From Candidatus Hadarchaeales archaeon (GTDB lineage: Archaea > Hadarchaeota > Hadarchaeia > Hadarchaeales > Hadarchaeaceae), in assembly GCA_038851565.1 (NCBI GenBank), contig JAWCKV010000020.1, positions 1-17,088 on the forward strand: a stretch of DNA of 17,088 bases. Direction: 5' to 3'. The notes under the pieces were generated by a model. It saw only the letters and a list, made by a program, of their open reading frames with translations. It had not been told where the DNA came from and did not search any database. Position numbers and translations under genes: made by a program. This document shows, one piece after another, positions 1-8,270 of this stretch (within the stretch, counting starts at the first letter, position 1; every line of letters begins with the position of its first letter).

Positions 1-1336
1 CCCTCAGCTGCTCCCTGAGCGCCTTCAGCCTCTCCATCTTCTTCCGCAGCGACTCCCTCCAGTTCTTCGGAAGTTTCCTTTTGTGGTGGCATGTTATGGC
101 AGCCTGAAGATTCGCCATCTTCGCAACGTATTTCTTCTTCACCTCCTCGGCCTCCGGACCCACCGTGGCGCTTGAGAGGTATTCCTTGACGGCCTTGGTG
201 GCATGATACGTCCTGAACACCTTTGCAGTGAGCCCTGGAACCACCTCTCCGAAGAACTCGTTCACATCCTCAGAGCGAATTCCCTCAAATATCGGGTCCC
301 TTGGACCCCGTATGAACTTCCTGAGGTTCTCCACGACCTCCCTTGGGGGGGTTATTGTCCTCACCCATCTGACCGCGTCCTTTCCGAGAAAGTCGAGCCT
401 CACGCTTCCGGAGCCATCTATGCTCACGTGGCTGCCCCTCAGGGTCGTGGCCCCGACTGTATCGAGCTCGTCCTCATCCTTCTCATCGCCCACCCTCATC
501 CTGAGCGTGTCTATCAGATATGCCACCGTGGCGATCTTCCTCCTGTGCTCATCTTCGGAGGTCAGGTTTTCAGCTATGTGCCTTCTAACCCTCTCGATGA
601 GCCTCTCGAGCCTCATCGCGCTGTCAAACTTCTCTATTTCCCTCTCCTGCCTGAAGCTCGCGGTCTCGGAAACCCATACGTACTTCATCTTTCCGGTGAG
701 CTTGTCCCTCCATCTCGCGATCCAGAGCGCTTCGGGGTCAAACACCCTCCCTCCCCAGCTCCTTCCATCCGGCGCTGGAGGCATGGGAGCATCGGGTGAG
801 AGGTTGAGGGTCACGTCCTCCGGATAAATCCTCGGCTTCCACCGTCCCCTGAGCGGGTGCTTGCCCCTCCCCACGAATATGCAGGGCGGCTCCACGGCGT
901 AGTTCCCTATCTCCACGGTCTCCCCGTTGATCGTCGCGTACCCGTACCTCTTCCTGTTTTCCTCCCTGATCTTCTTCCTGAGCTCTGCCAGCCTCTTCTT
1001 CTCCTCCTTGGTCATCGCCTCCTTCCTGGCCCTCTCCTCCTCCACCCACCGCCTTATCTCCGAAAAATCGAAATCCTCGGGCTTAGCTCCATCAATGCCA
1101 AGCTCCCTGCAGAAGTCGGAGAAGAAGTTTTCCACGAAAACCGGATCCTCCGCCTGGGGGGTTCCAAGCTTTCTCACCCAGGCCACTGCCATCTCCTCCT
1201 GCTCCGGGGTGAGGGATATCAGTTTTCCACGGCACTTGATCCTGAACCCGTGGAACTCATAGGGCGGCATCATCACGCCGTTGTGGACCAGCTGTTTTAT
1301 CTTGTGCATTTTATCCCCATACATCTCATTTTCCAT
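1..1336 (-). CDS. top1: DNA topoisomerase IB, eukaryote-like (Top1 type); 3' end including catalytic Tyr lies outside the window
   Basis: Hand translation of an open minus frame (445 codons, absent from the ORF track): KQLVHNGVMMPPYEF ... GNYAVEPPCIFVGRGKHPLRG ... YLIDTLRMRVGDEKDEDELDTVGATTLR ... LDFLGKDAV ... GLTAKVFRTYHAT ... AAITCHHKR. These match Top1 motifs carrying the catalytic Arg (494-496), Lys (380-382), Arg (212-214) and His (83-85). ATG at 1336 overlaps the truA stop (TAATG); alternative ATG at 1309. Confidence 0.96.
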   Translation of the reverse strand, partial: MENEMYGDKMHKIKQLVHNGVMMPPYEFHGFRIKCRGKLISLTPEQEEMAVAWVRKLGTPQAEDPVFVENFFSDFCRELGIDGAKPEDFDFSEIRRWVEEERARKEAMTKEEKKRLAELRKKIREENRKRYGYATINGETVEIGNYAVEPPCIFVGRGKHPLRGRWKPRIYPEDVTLNLSPDAPMPPAPDGRSWGGRVFDPEALWIARWRDKLTGKMKYVWVSETASFRQEREIEKFDSAMRLERLIERVRRHIAENLTSEDEHRRKIATVAYLIDTLRMRVGDEKDEDELDTVGATTLRGSHVSIDGSGSVRLDFLGKDAVRWVRTITPPREVVENLRKFIRGPRDPIFEGIRSEDVNEFFGEVVPGLTAKVFRTYHATKAVKEYLSSATVGPEAEEVKKKYVAKMANLQAAITCHHKRKLPKNWRESLRKKMERLKALREQLR

Positions 1337-2130
1337 TAAAATCTGTTTTTCAGCACCTCCAACATCTCCCTGCAGACAAGCCGGTCGCATCGCTCCAGAT
1401 AGCCCAAAAACCTCCGTCGCGCGCCATCCTCCGGAGGGAACCTGATCCCCCTGTACCTGATGCCCACGAGGAAGAGCCCGTCGGGATCGGCGGGGGGAAA
1501 TCCCCTTGCTCCCGGTTCCGAAAGAAGCCCTTCTATTTCCCCCACGTGCATGTTGCCCAGCCCAGCGGCGATTATGGCGCTCGACATCCTCCGCACCTGC
1601 TGCCACAGGAACGACCTCGCGAAAAAGTCCATCACCAGGCGGCAATCGATTTTTCTCACGATTACCCGCTTGACGTGGGAAACCGTCGACCTTCCCGGCT
1701 CCCTCCTGCAGAAGGCCCTGAAGTCATGCCTGCCCTCGAACAGCCGTCCGGCCCTTCTGGCAGTGCCTGCGTCGAACTCATCCGAAACCTCGCACACGTA
1801 CCTGTAGTGTTTCTCAACGGCGTGATATCTCGGGTTGAAAACGTCGCGTACCTCCCGGACAGAAAGCACGGCGACGTCTTCCGGAAGCAATGAGTTTATC
1901 TCCCCCTCGGCAACCTCCCTTGAGAGGTCTAGCGCCACAACCTGTCCCAGCGCGCTCACCCCTCTATCCGTCCTCGTGGCCGCCCTGTACCTGCATTTCC
2001 TCAGGTCCAGCTTTCCCGCGCACCCGCTGATGGCATCGAAAAGAACCGACTCGACCGTCCTCATGCCAGGCTGGCGCACGTAGCCGAAATAGCCCCTGCC
2101 GTCATAGGCCACCAGCATCCCGAACCTCAT
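1336..2130 (-). CDS. truA: tRNA pseudouridine(38-40) synthase
   Basis: VAYDGRGYFGYVRQPGMRTVE, catalytic motif ATRTDRGVSALGQV, FEGRHDFRAF, SFLWQQVRRM, GLFL. ATG at 2130 is preceded by a GGTGG RBS; the track start is 2139. Confidence 0.95.
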   Translation of the reverse strand: MRFGMLVAYDGRGYFGYVRQPGMRTVESVLFDAISGCAGKLDLRKCRYRAATRTDRGVSALGQVVALDLSREVAEGEINSLLPEDVAVLSVREVRDVFNPRYHAVEKHYRYVCEVSDEFDAGTARRAGRLFEGRHDFRAFCRREPGRSTVSHVKRVIVRKIDCRLVMDFFARSFLWQQVRRMSSAIIAAGLGNMHVGEIEGLLSEPGARGFPPADPDGLFLVGIRYRGIRFPPEDGARRRFLGYLERCDRLVCREMLEVLKNRF

Positions 2131-2143
2131 GTTAGCCACCGAG

Positions 2144-3052
2144 CTACCGTCCAGCCCAGAAAGGTCTCCTTGCCACGACAGCCCTTAGGAAGGCCTCCCT
2201 TGCCCCTTTGCGATCGCCAGCCCTTATGTACGATACGAGGTCCACCGCGCCGTCCTCCCGCATGAGACAAGGCTTCAGGCGACCGTCCGAGGTGACCCTG
2301 AGCCTCGTGCAGTGCATGCAGAACTCTGAGTTGTGCATCGGACGAACCACTTCCACCTCTCCCCCCTGCAGAACATATCTCCTTCTCATCTGCATTTCTG
2401 GCCTCACGAATACCCCTACAGCCCTGCCCTCCAGCATCCGCTCCACGTCCGCCAGATCAGAACGCACGCTCAGGCCGGACCTCCCGCGGGCGGGCACGTA
2501 CTCAATTATCTGAAGGATCGCGCCCATGCCGAATGCGTACTTCATCATCTCATCCACCCCCCCTTCGTTCAATCCGGAGAGCAGGACCATGTTGATCTTG
2601 ATGGGGCTCAGGCCGGCCTCCTTTGCTGCCTCTATTCCGGCCAGAACGTCCGGCAGCGCTCTCTCTCCAGTGATTCTCCAGTACAGCTCAGGATCGAGCG
2701 TGTCGAGGCTCACGTTTACCCTGCACAGCCCTTCCTTCCTCAGGGACGCGGCATTTTCTGCCAGGAGAACCCCGTTCGTGGTCATGGATATGTCCCTGAT
2801 GCCGGCCCTAGAGATCTCGCCAACTATCTCCCCTATGTCCTCCCTTATGAGCGGCTCGCCCCCCGTGATCTTGACGCTTCTCACTCCGAGCTCGGCCGCT
2901 ATCCTCGCTATCCCCCCGATCTCCCCCGGAGTCATCTCACGCGCTCCCTCGCGCTGGCCCTCCATGTGACAGTAGAAGCACCTGAGATTGCATCTCGAGC
3001 TCACGGATAACCTGAGCCCGGTTACTTCCCTGCCGTAGGAATCCCTAAGCAT
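2144..3052 (-). CDS. moaA: GTP 3',8-cyclase (radical SAM; molybdopterin/tungstopterin biosynthesis)
   Basis: LRDSYGR, CNLRCFYC radical-SAM motif, KITGGEPL, MTTNG, RVNVSLDTL, second cluster motif FCMHCTRLRVTSDGRLKPCL. Confidence 0.96.
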   Translation of the reverse strand: MLRDSYGREVTGLRLSVSSRCNLRCFYCHMEGQREGAREMTPGEIGGIARIAAELGVRSVKITGGEPLIREDIGEIVGEISRAGIRDISMTTNGVLLAENAASLRKEGLCRVNVSLDTLDPELYWRITGERALPDVLAGIEAAKEAGLSPIKINMVLLSGLNEGGVDEMMKYAFGMGAILQIIEYVPARGRSGLSVRSDLADVERMLEGRAVGVFVRPEMQMRRRYVLQGGEVEVVRPMHNSEFCMHCTRLRVTSDGRLKPCLMREDGAVDLVSYIRAGDRKGAREAFLRAVVARRPFWAGR

Positions 3053-4289
3053 TTGGCAACCCCCTGAGCAACCTTACCTCAACCTCCTCGCCCTCACGGA
3101 CTATTTCCGTTTCCGCCGGGATCTCGATGTAACCGTCCGACGACGACAGAGAGGCTATGGCCCCTGAGTCCTTGAGAACAGGATGCGCGACCAGCTTTTT
3201 GTTCTCCTTCCTCAACCTCACCGGAAGGAACTCCCTCCTGCCTGGCGCGGATATGACCTTCTGCGCGAGAAAAGCCCGAACCGTGTGACGCTCGCTCCTG
3301 GACATCCCGGAGAGCCTCCTTATCTGGTCCCCGACGAGGAGGTCGAAGACCATCAGGGATGAGGTGGGATAGCCGGGAAGGCCGAAAACCAGCTTTTTCC
3401 CGACCAACGCGACCAGCGCGGGCTTTCCGGGCTTCTGGGCCAGCCCGTGAGCCAGTATTTTGGCCCCCCTCATGCCGCCTATTATCTCGGGCACGAGGTC
3501 ACCCCTGCCGGCCGATGTCCCACCGGAGATCAGCACGATGTCGCATGACCTGAACGCCCGAACTACCTTAGAGCGTATGGCTCTCGCATTGTCACGTGTT
3601 ATCCCCATGTATACCGGATCACCGCCGCACTCCATCACAGCCGAGACAAGCGCCGGGCCGTTGGAGTCGTATATCCTCCCGGGACTCAGCCTCCTGCCCT
3701 GAGGGATAAGTTCATCCCCGGTCGATATGATCGCGACCCTCGGCTTCTTCCTCACCCGAACCTTCCCAACGCCCGCAGCAGCAATTGCACCTATATGGGC
3801 GGGCGTGAGGACGGTGCCATCCCTCACCAGCGTCTCACCCCTTCTGATGTCGCTGCCCCTCCTCGTCACGTTCTCACCCGGCGCCACAGCCCTCCTCACC
3901 ACGACTTCTCCCTTCTGCTCCTCGGCGTGCTCGCTCATCAACACCGCGTCCGCCCCGCCAGGAAGCGCCGCTCCGGTGGATATCCTGGCACATGTGCCCC
4001 TCCTTATCCTCAGCTTCGGCGGAGCTCCAGGGGCTATCTCCCCCACGAGAAAAAGCCTCCTGACATTTTCCTCATCGGCGCCGAATGTGTCGGAGGCCAC
4101 CACGGCGTAACCATCATACGCTGCCCTGTCGAAGGGGGGGAGATCGATCGGAGAAACCACATCCCCCACGACGATCCTTCCGTATGCCGATGACAGCGGC
4201 ACCTCGCATATTCTGGGGGAGGGGGTCCAGAGCCTCTCCAGCTCGGTCCTCACGGCCTCAAGGTCCACAACCCGCAGGAACCCGGGCAT
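3045..4289 (-). CDS. moeA: Molybdopterin molybdenum/tungsten transferase (gephyrin-like)
   Basis: PPFDRAAYDGYAV, ISTGAALPGGADAV, STGDEL, IYDSNG, SGGTSAG, KPGKP, GLPGYPTS. Overlaps the moaA start by 8 nt. Confidence 0.96.
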   Translation of the reverse strand: MPGFLRVVDLEAVRTELERLWTPSPRICEVPLSSAYGRIVVGDVVSPIDLPPFDRAAYDGYAVVASDTFGADEENVRRLFLVGEIAPGAPPKLRIRRGTCARISTGAALPGGADAVLMSEHAEEQKGEVVVRRAVAPGENVTRRGSDIRRGETLVRDGTVLTPAHIGAIAAAGVGKVRVRKKPRVAIISTGDELIPQGRRLSPGRIYDSNGPALVSAVMECGGDPVYMGITRDNARAIRSKVVRAFRSCDIVLISGGTSAGRGDLVPEIIGGMRGAKILAHGLAQKPGKPALVALVGKKLVFGLPGYPTSSLMVFDLLVGDQIRRLSGMSRSERHTVRAFLAQKVISAPGRREFLPVRLRKENKKLVAHPVLKDSGAIASLSSSDGYIEIPAETEIVREGEEVEVRLLRGLPNA

Positions 4290-4315
4290 TTTCCTCTAAA
4301 CCAATCAGGCCGCGG

Positions 4316-4326
4316 AGATAAAAGTC
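4316..4326 (-). promoter_or_regulatory. Possible internal TATA box for moeA-moaA-truA-top1
   Basis: Minus-strand CTTTTATC about 30 nt upstream of the moeA ATG, in a 35-nt intergenic gap. It could also act as a T-rich terminator of the upstream gene. Confidence 0.4.
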
Positions 4327-6082
4327 ATCCTGATGTTATGAGGAACGGCCTGAGGCTGGCCACGATCACCCTTATCCTGAACTCATTTTCGCCGAAACGC
4401 CACCCGTACCTCAGAGGGACGTGCGCCCCGCCAAGCCCTGTAAGCGCGGGGATGACCTTGTTCCTGAAATCGCATATGGACTCCTCGCAGCAGTCCAGCT
4501 TGAGCACGACCTCCCACTGGCCCCACCACACCGTTACCCCTATGAACCAGAGCGGCACCGGGGTGGCCATCTCGGCCCCGATCAGCCCGGCCGGGTCCTC
4601 CCTCCTGTACCCAACCTCCTTGATCCTCATGTTGTGGAAAACCGAGACGCCCGGCTCATCCCTGAGGGGCCTCTGCGGGAAAATGCAAAACAGTTCCTCC
4701 CTGTCCGGGACAGGGCTTGCCCCACTAATCATGAGGATGAGTTCCTGAAAAGCGGAGACATCCGGGCAGATCGGGAAGTCGTTCAGCCTGTCGATGTCGC
4801 GGGACATCCCCTCCAGCACAGATCGGAGCCGGGGGAGCGTCGCATCGTCGACGGAACGAATGAAGACTGGCACCGTGTGTCTCTCTCCCAGGGAATCCTG
4901 CAGCTCAATGCAGCTCACGGTCCCCGAGGTCACGGCCAGGTCCGTGAGAAAGCGGATCGCATTTTCCAGCCAGATATCGTGATTCCCGGAACGGCCGGCC
5001 TCCACGACCATCCGGATGACATTGTCCAACTTCTCGATCAGTCCATTCAAACCCGCGAGGATCTGATCCGGGGACCCGCCCCCGGATCTCCCCACTTTTT
5101 GAAGGTCGGGAATTGTGTCCCTCGCACGCAGGAGGTCCTCCTTCATGCCTTTCAGCTCTCCCAGGATTTCCTCCTGATATGCCGTGAGGTTGTCCCCTGC
5201 CCTCCTCAGCATGCCCCCTATCTTCTCCAGCCTGTCCGCGTGGGAGGAGAGCATGTCCCGCGTTGCCTCGATCCACATCCCGAGGCTGCGCACATGATCA
5301 GAAATTCCCATAGGCTCAGATGAAGGCGGGGATGTCCCCAGGATCTCCGTAAGAGTGCTGATCAGCGGGGCCGCGCAGTCAGCGGACCCGAATGTGTTGA
5401 ATTCGTGGAGACACCATGCTGCCTCGAAAAGCGCCCTGGTCTTTGTCCTGTTCAGGTTAACGCGTCCGGTGGTCCAGGCCTCCAGCCATGACGCCAGATA
5501 CTCAGCCATCCCCCAGTACGTGTTGACGCTCCCCATCCGCTCGATGAAATTGTCCATCAGTCCCTGCAGCAGAAAATATCGAGAGTCCAGCTCAACCGAG
5601 ATGTCATCGACCGGCAGAGCTGTTGAGGTTTTCCCGTCCCTTGTGCTCATGCGGAGAACCGTGCCCCCAAGCCTTGCGCGCACGAGGACCCTGGAGCCCG
5701 ATGTCTCATCCATGGAAACATCCGGGGGCGAACCCGTGACCTCCAGCGTGAACCTTGGGTCCGGGATCATCGCGGGGAGGATCTCCAGCGCCTCATGAAG
5801 GTAATCCCGGGCCAGATCCTCCGCCATCCTGAGCCTCTCCGGCGCATCGAGCCTCCACGCATCCTCCGAGACCTCGTGGAGCGCCCGGTATGCTGAGTAT
5901 CTGAGGGCGCCTTCCACCTGACTCCTCAGGATCGCCCCTGCTGACACCAGCTCGTGCATCGATGCTCCCTCGGGCTCCATTCCCTCCATCCTCATGCCGG
6001 AGACGTGAAGGGAGAAAATTATCGCCATCGCCAGCATGATGAGGGCTGCCACGGACATCGGCATGAATCCCCTCTCGTTCAT
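4325..6082 (-). CDS. Large membrane-anchored protein with class III (pilin-type) signal peptide; putative type IV pilus accessory protein
   Basis: ATG at 6082 overlaps the upstream stop (ATGA). N-terminus MNERG|FMPMSVAALIMLAMAIIFSLHV; central helical/coiled-coil-like segment; beta-rich C-terminus. Confidence 0.75.
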   Translation of the reverse strand: MNERGFMPMSVAALIMLAMAIIFSLHVSGMRMEGMEPEGASMHELVSAGAILRSQVEGALRYSAYRALHEVSEDAWRLDAPERLRMAEDLARDYLHEALEILPAMIPDPRFTLEVTGSPPDVSMDETSGSRVLVRARLGGTVLRMSTRDGKTSTALPVDDISVELDSRYFLLQGLMDNFIERMGSVNTYWGMAEYLASWLEAWTTGRVNLNRTKTRALFEAAWCLHEFNTFGSADCAAPLISTLTEILGTSPPSSEPMGISDHVRSLGMWIEATRDMLSSHADRLEKIGGMLRRAGDNLTAYQEEILGELKGMKEDLLRARDTIPDLQKVGRSGGGSPDQILAGLNGLIEKLDNVIRMVVEAGRSGNHDIWLENAIRFLTDLAVTSGTVSCIELQDSLGERHTVPVFIRSVDDATLPRLRSVLEGMSRDIDRLNDFPICPDVSAFQELILMISGASPVPDREELFCIFPQRPLRDEPGVSVFHNMRIKEVGYRREDPAGLIGAEMATPVPLWFIGVTVWWGQWEVVLKLDCCEESICDFRNKVIPALTGLGGAHVPLRYGWRFGENEFRIRVIVASLRPFLITSG

Positions 6083-6645
6083 CCCGACCACAGCTCCAGC
6101 TTGACGTACAGCAGGAAAGATTCGGGTGCCCCGGCCCCGGGAAGCTGCAGAAGGAAGGGAACCGTCAGGGACTCGGAGCAGAGAAAGACATCATCCCCGG
6201 AGAGGTTCTCCACACCCAGTACGAAAGCCTCCTCACCTCCCCTCACGACCCCGGCGCTCAGCCTGTAGGAAAATCTCCCGCCCAGCATCTGTTCCATCGC
6301 CTTCTCCAGGAATTCTCTCAGGCCATCCTCCATGTTCTCCCGTATCGCCTGGCCGTGCCCGTGAACCGCCCAGCATTCCCCGACCAGCTGCAGGGCTGTC
6401 CTGTCGTTTATCTCTACCTCGGATGAAAACGGTGGAAGGAGAGCGCCGTACCTGAGACCTCCGATTTCCCTGACCGGCACGGTGCCGAGCGTGAGGACGA
6501 CCCCCCTGCCGACCTCCCTTGCGTGCATCAGCTCCAGGTCGTGCGCCTCCGCGGGCAGTGATGCTGCCAGGACACCAAGTGAAACCGAGATCAGGGCTGC
6601 GAACGAGAGGAGGTCCGCGGCCGCCCCGATTCCAGGGGATCTCAA
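6079..6645 (-). CDS. Pilin-like single-TM protein
   Basis: TTG at 6645 (TTGA overlap, GGAGGTG RBS; track start 6654). MRSPG|IGAAADLLSFAALISVSLGVLAAS hydrophobic N-terminus; C-terminal VKLELW strand. Confidence 0.7.
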   Translation of the reverse strand: MRSPGIGAAADLLSFAALISVSLGVLAASLPAEAHDLELMHAREVGRGVVLTLGTVPVREIGGLRYGALLPPFSSEVEINDRTALQLVGECWAVHGHGQAIRENMEDGLREFLEKAMEQMLGGRFSYRLSAGVVRGGEEAFVLGVENLSGDDVFLCSESLTVPFLLQLPGAGAPESFLLYVKLELWSG

Positions 6646-7025
6646 CCGAGCCACACCTCCACGCGCATCCTTCCTCCAGTGGGTGAGCTCTCCAGCCTCA
6701 GGGCGCAGGGTACCTCAACGCTCGCGTCAGGGTTGCCTTCACCGGGCTCCTCGTAAACCGAAACCGTCCTTCCGTCCGCATGCATGAAGGTGATCCGGAG
6801 GCCTGCCACCACGCCCGCCGAGGACCTGATGAGCGGCCGTGGGTCGATGCCCGAGATACAGGAAGTGGTAACCCTCGCAGCCGTGCTGAGGGCCAATGTG
6901 CCGGCGCGGGAAACGCGCTCGCACTCCCGATATGCATCCAGCGCGCCCGCAAGCCCCAGAATGAACACCGCGGACAGAGCGGCGCATCCGGCCACCGAGA
7001 TGAGATCGTCCATTCCGGCGGTCAG
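6642..7025 (-). CDS. Pilin-like single-TM protein
   Basis: ORF 6642..7013 extends in frame to CTG at 7025, with a GGTGAGG RBS 8 nt upstream. MTAG|MDDLISVAGCAALSAVFILGLAG; C-terminal MRVEVW strand resembles that of its neighbour. Confidence 0.68.
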   Translation of the reverse strand: MTAGMDDLISVAGCAALSAVFILGLAGALDAYRECERVSRAGTLALSTAARVTTSCISGIDPRPLIRSSAGVVAGLRITFMHADGRTVSVYEEPGEGNPDASVEVPCALRLESSPTGGRMRVEVWLG

Positions 7026-7453
7026 GGAACCAGCCTCACCCTGATCTTCTCTCCCCTCTCCACCTCGATGAACCTCGGATCGCTCCCCCGGGCCCCTCCA
7101 TCCAGCCTTATCGGGGAGAACACATATCTCTCCACAGTTTCCCTTCCGGATATCCTGATCCTGATCAGGTTCTCCGTTTCCTCCTCTATCTCGATCGTGA
7201 CTCCCCTCAGCTGGGGCAGAGGCCTCCTGAGAACTGTGGAGGGGGGCACTGCCTGGATGTCAAGCAGGGCCTCTGTCACCGTATCCGCAGCGGAGCTCAG
7301 CTCCTCCCTGTTAGCAAGGCCCGATAATGAGGAAAACCAAGAAACGGATGCACCGACCAGACACATGACGGCCACCGTCACGGCGAGCCTGATCCCCGCG
7401 AAGAGCTCAACGCTTCCCTCCTCCATATGCTTCAACCCTGATCCTCTCCTCAC
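7022..7453 (-). CDS. Pilin-like single-TM protein (start uncertain: 7453, 7435 or 7426)
   Basis: EEG|SVELFAGIRLAVTVAVMCLVGASVSWF hydrophobic helix, then an amphipathic helix and beta strands. Tightly packed in the operon. Confidence 0.68.
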   Translation of the reverse strand: MRRGSGLKHMEEGSVELFAGIRLAVTVAVMCLVGASVSWFSSLSGLANREELSSAADTVTEALLDIQAVPPSTVLRRPLPQLRGVTIEIEEETENLIRIRISGRETVERYVFSPIRLDGGARGSDPRFIEVERGEKIRVRLVP

Positions 7454-7805
7454 CAGCGCTGCGCACGAGCGTGAGGACGTATGCGCCGTTGCGAAGCTCC
7501 CTCACCGAGGGCTCGAAGGGCACAGGGACAAGGTCTGACCTCAGCTCCTCTCCGTCCAGCAGCAGCCTGAGCCTTCTTCCGTCAACCTCCACCATGCCAT
7601 CGCCGACATCAAGGTTGCAGGCTATTGAACTCCCCTCCCCGCCCGAGCACAGCAGGGCAACCCTGTTCACGAAGGTCCTGAAGCCCTGAACCGCCGCCCC
7701 GCGGTCGTTCGTCCTCTCTGCCAGGCCCAGCCCCGAGGCCATCACCCCTAGCGTGAAAACCGCTGCCACCGCGCCAAGCATCAGGACCACCGGAATCGAC
7801 TCCAT
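7407..7805 (-). CDS. Pilin-like single-TM protein
   Basis: MESIPVVLMLGAVAAVFTLGVMASGL N-terminal helix, then FRTFVNRVALLCSGGEGS, typical of archaeal minor pilins. ATG at 7805 preferred over track start 7868. Confidence 0.7.
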   Translation of the reverse strand: MESIPVVLMLGAVAAVFTLGVMASGLGLAERTNDRGAAVQGFRTFVNRVALLCSGGEGSSIACNLDVGDGMVEVDGRRLRLLLDGEELRSDLVPVPFEPSVRELRNGAYVLTLVRSAGEERIRVEAYGGGKR

Positions 7806-7827
7806 CCCCGCCGAGCCGGATGGCCTC

Positions 7828-8205
7828 CTAACCGACGACGACCTGCGACTCCCACGGCATGTATCCACTGTGGGTCACCCTCACGTTCACGACGACGTTG
7901 CTTCTGCCGTTCAGCGGGATGGTGAAAGTGTACTGGTTTGATGAGACGCCAAGGGTCTGCGCCTTCGTTCCACCGGGATAGCTCACGATGACCGTGGCGT
8001 TGTTCAGCGGGTTTCCGGTGGCGGCGTCGTAGACCTTGACCGTGAGGCGGTTGCTGGATACGGAGAGCGCCACGTCCATGTCCTTTATGCCCGAGCGCTC
8101 TGCAGTCCCCATGAACTGCATCATTATTCCCATCGCAACTGCCCCTATGGTAAGCGCCATGACAAGCTTTATCGGGACGCCCATCAGCTGCCCGCGGCTG
8201 TCCAT
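7828..8205 (-). CDS. Archaeal type IV pilin-like protein with class III signal peptide and a small Ig/carboxypeptidase-regulatory-like beta domain
   Basis: MDSRG|QLMGVPIKLVMALTIGAVAMGIMMQF fits the [KR][GA] cleavage site plus hydrophobic stretch. C-domain VKVYDAATGNPLNNATV ... VTHSGY. Confidence 0.8.
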   Translation of the reverse strand: MDSRGQLMGVPIKLVMALTIGAVAMGIMMQFMGTAERSGIKDMDVALSVSSNRLTVKVYDAATGNPLNNATVIVSYPGGTKAQTLGVSSNQYTFTIPLNGRSNVVVNVRVTHSGYMPWESQVVVG

Positions 8206-8233
8206 TTTTCCCGCCGGCGCATTGCGCGTTTGT

Positions 8234-8245
8234 CTTTTATATATG
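8234..8245. promoter_or_regulatory. Bidirectional TATA box between the pilin-like operon and the 8271/9395 gene pair
   Basis: CTTTTATATA in the short AT-rich gap, about 30 nt from both divergent starts. Confidence 0.65.
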
Positions 8246-8270
8246 GAAAAAAAATCTGATAGGTGAGCAG

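Noticed and set aside
203..1339. Plus-strand ORFs 203..799, 228..827, 857..1339 and 927..1262, and minus ORF 738..1049
   Set aside because: Antisense or out-of-frame shadows of the topoisomerase IB gene; no recognisable motifs.
2144..2175. MoaA ends in RRPFWAGR, lacking the C-terminal GG motif of bacterial MoaA
   Set aside because: Archaeal MoaA homologs commonly end this way; not evidence of truncation.
1460..8266. Many plus-strand ORFs up to 300 aa (e.g. 2333..3010, 4421..5323, 6780..7538)
   Set aside because: They lie opposite well-supported minus-strand genes, as expected in high-GC DNA, and have Pro/His/Ser-biased shadow composition.
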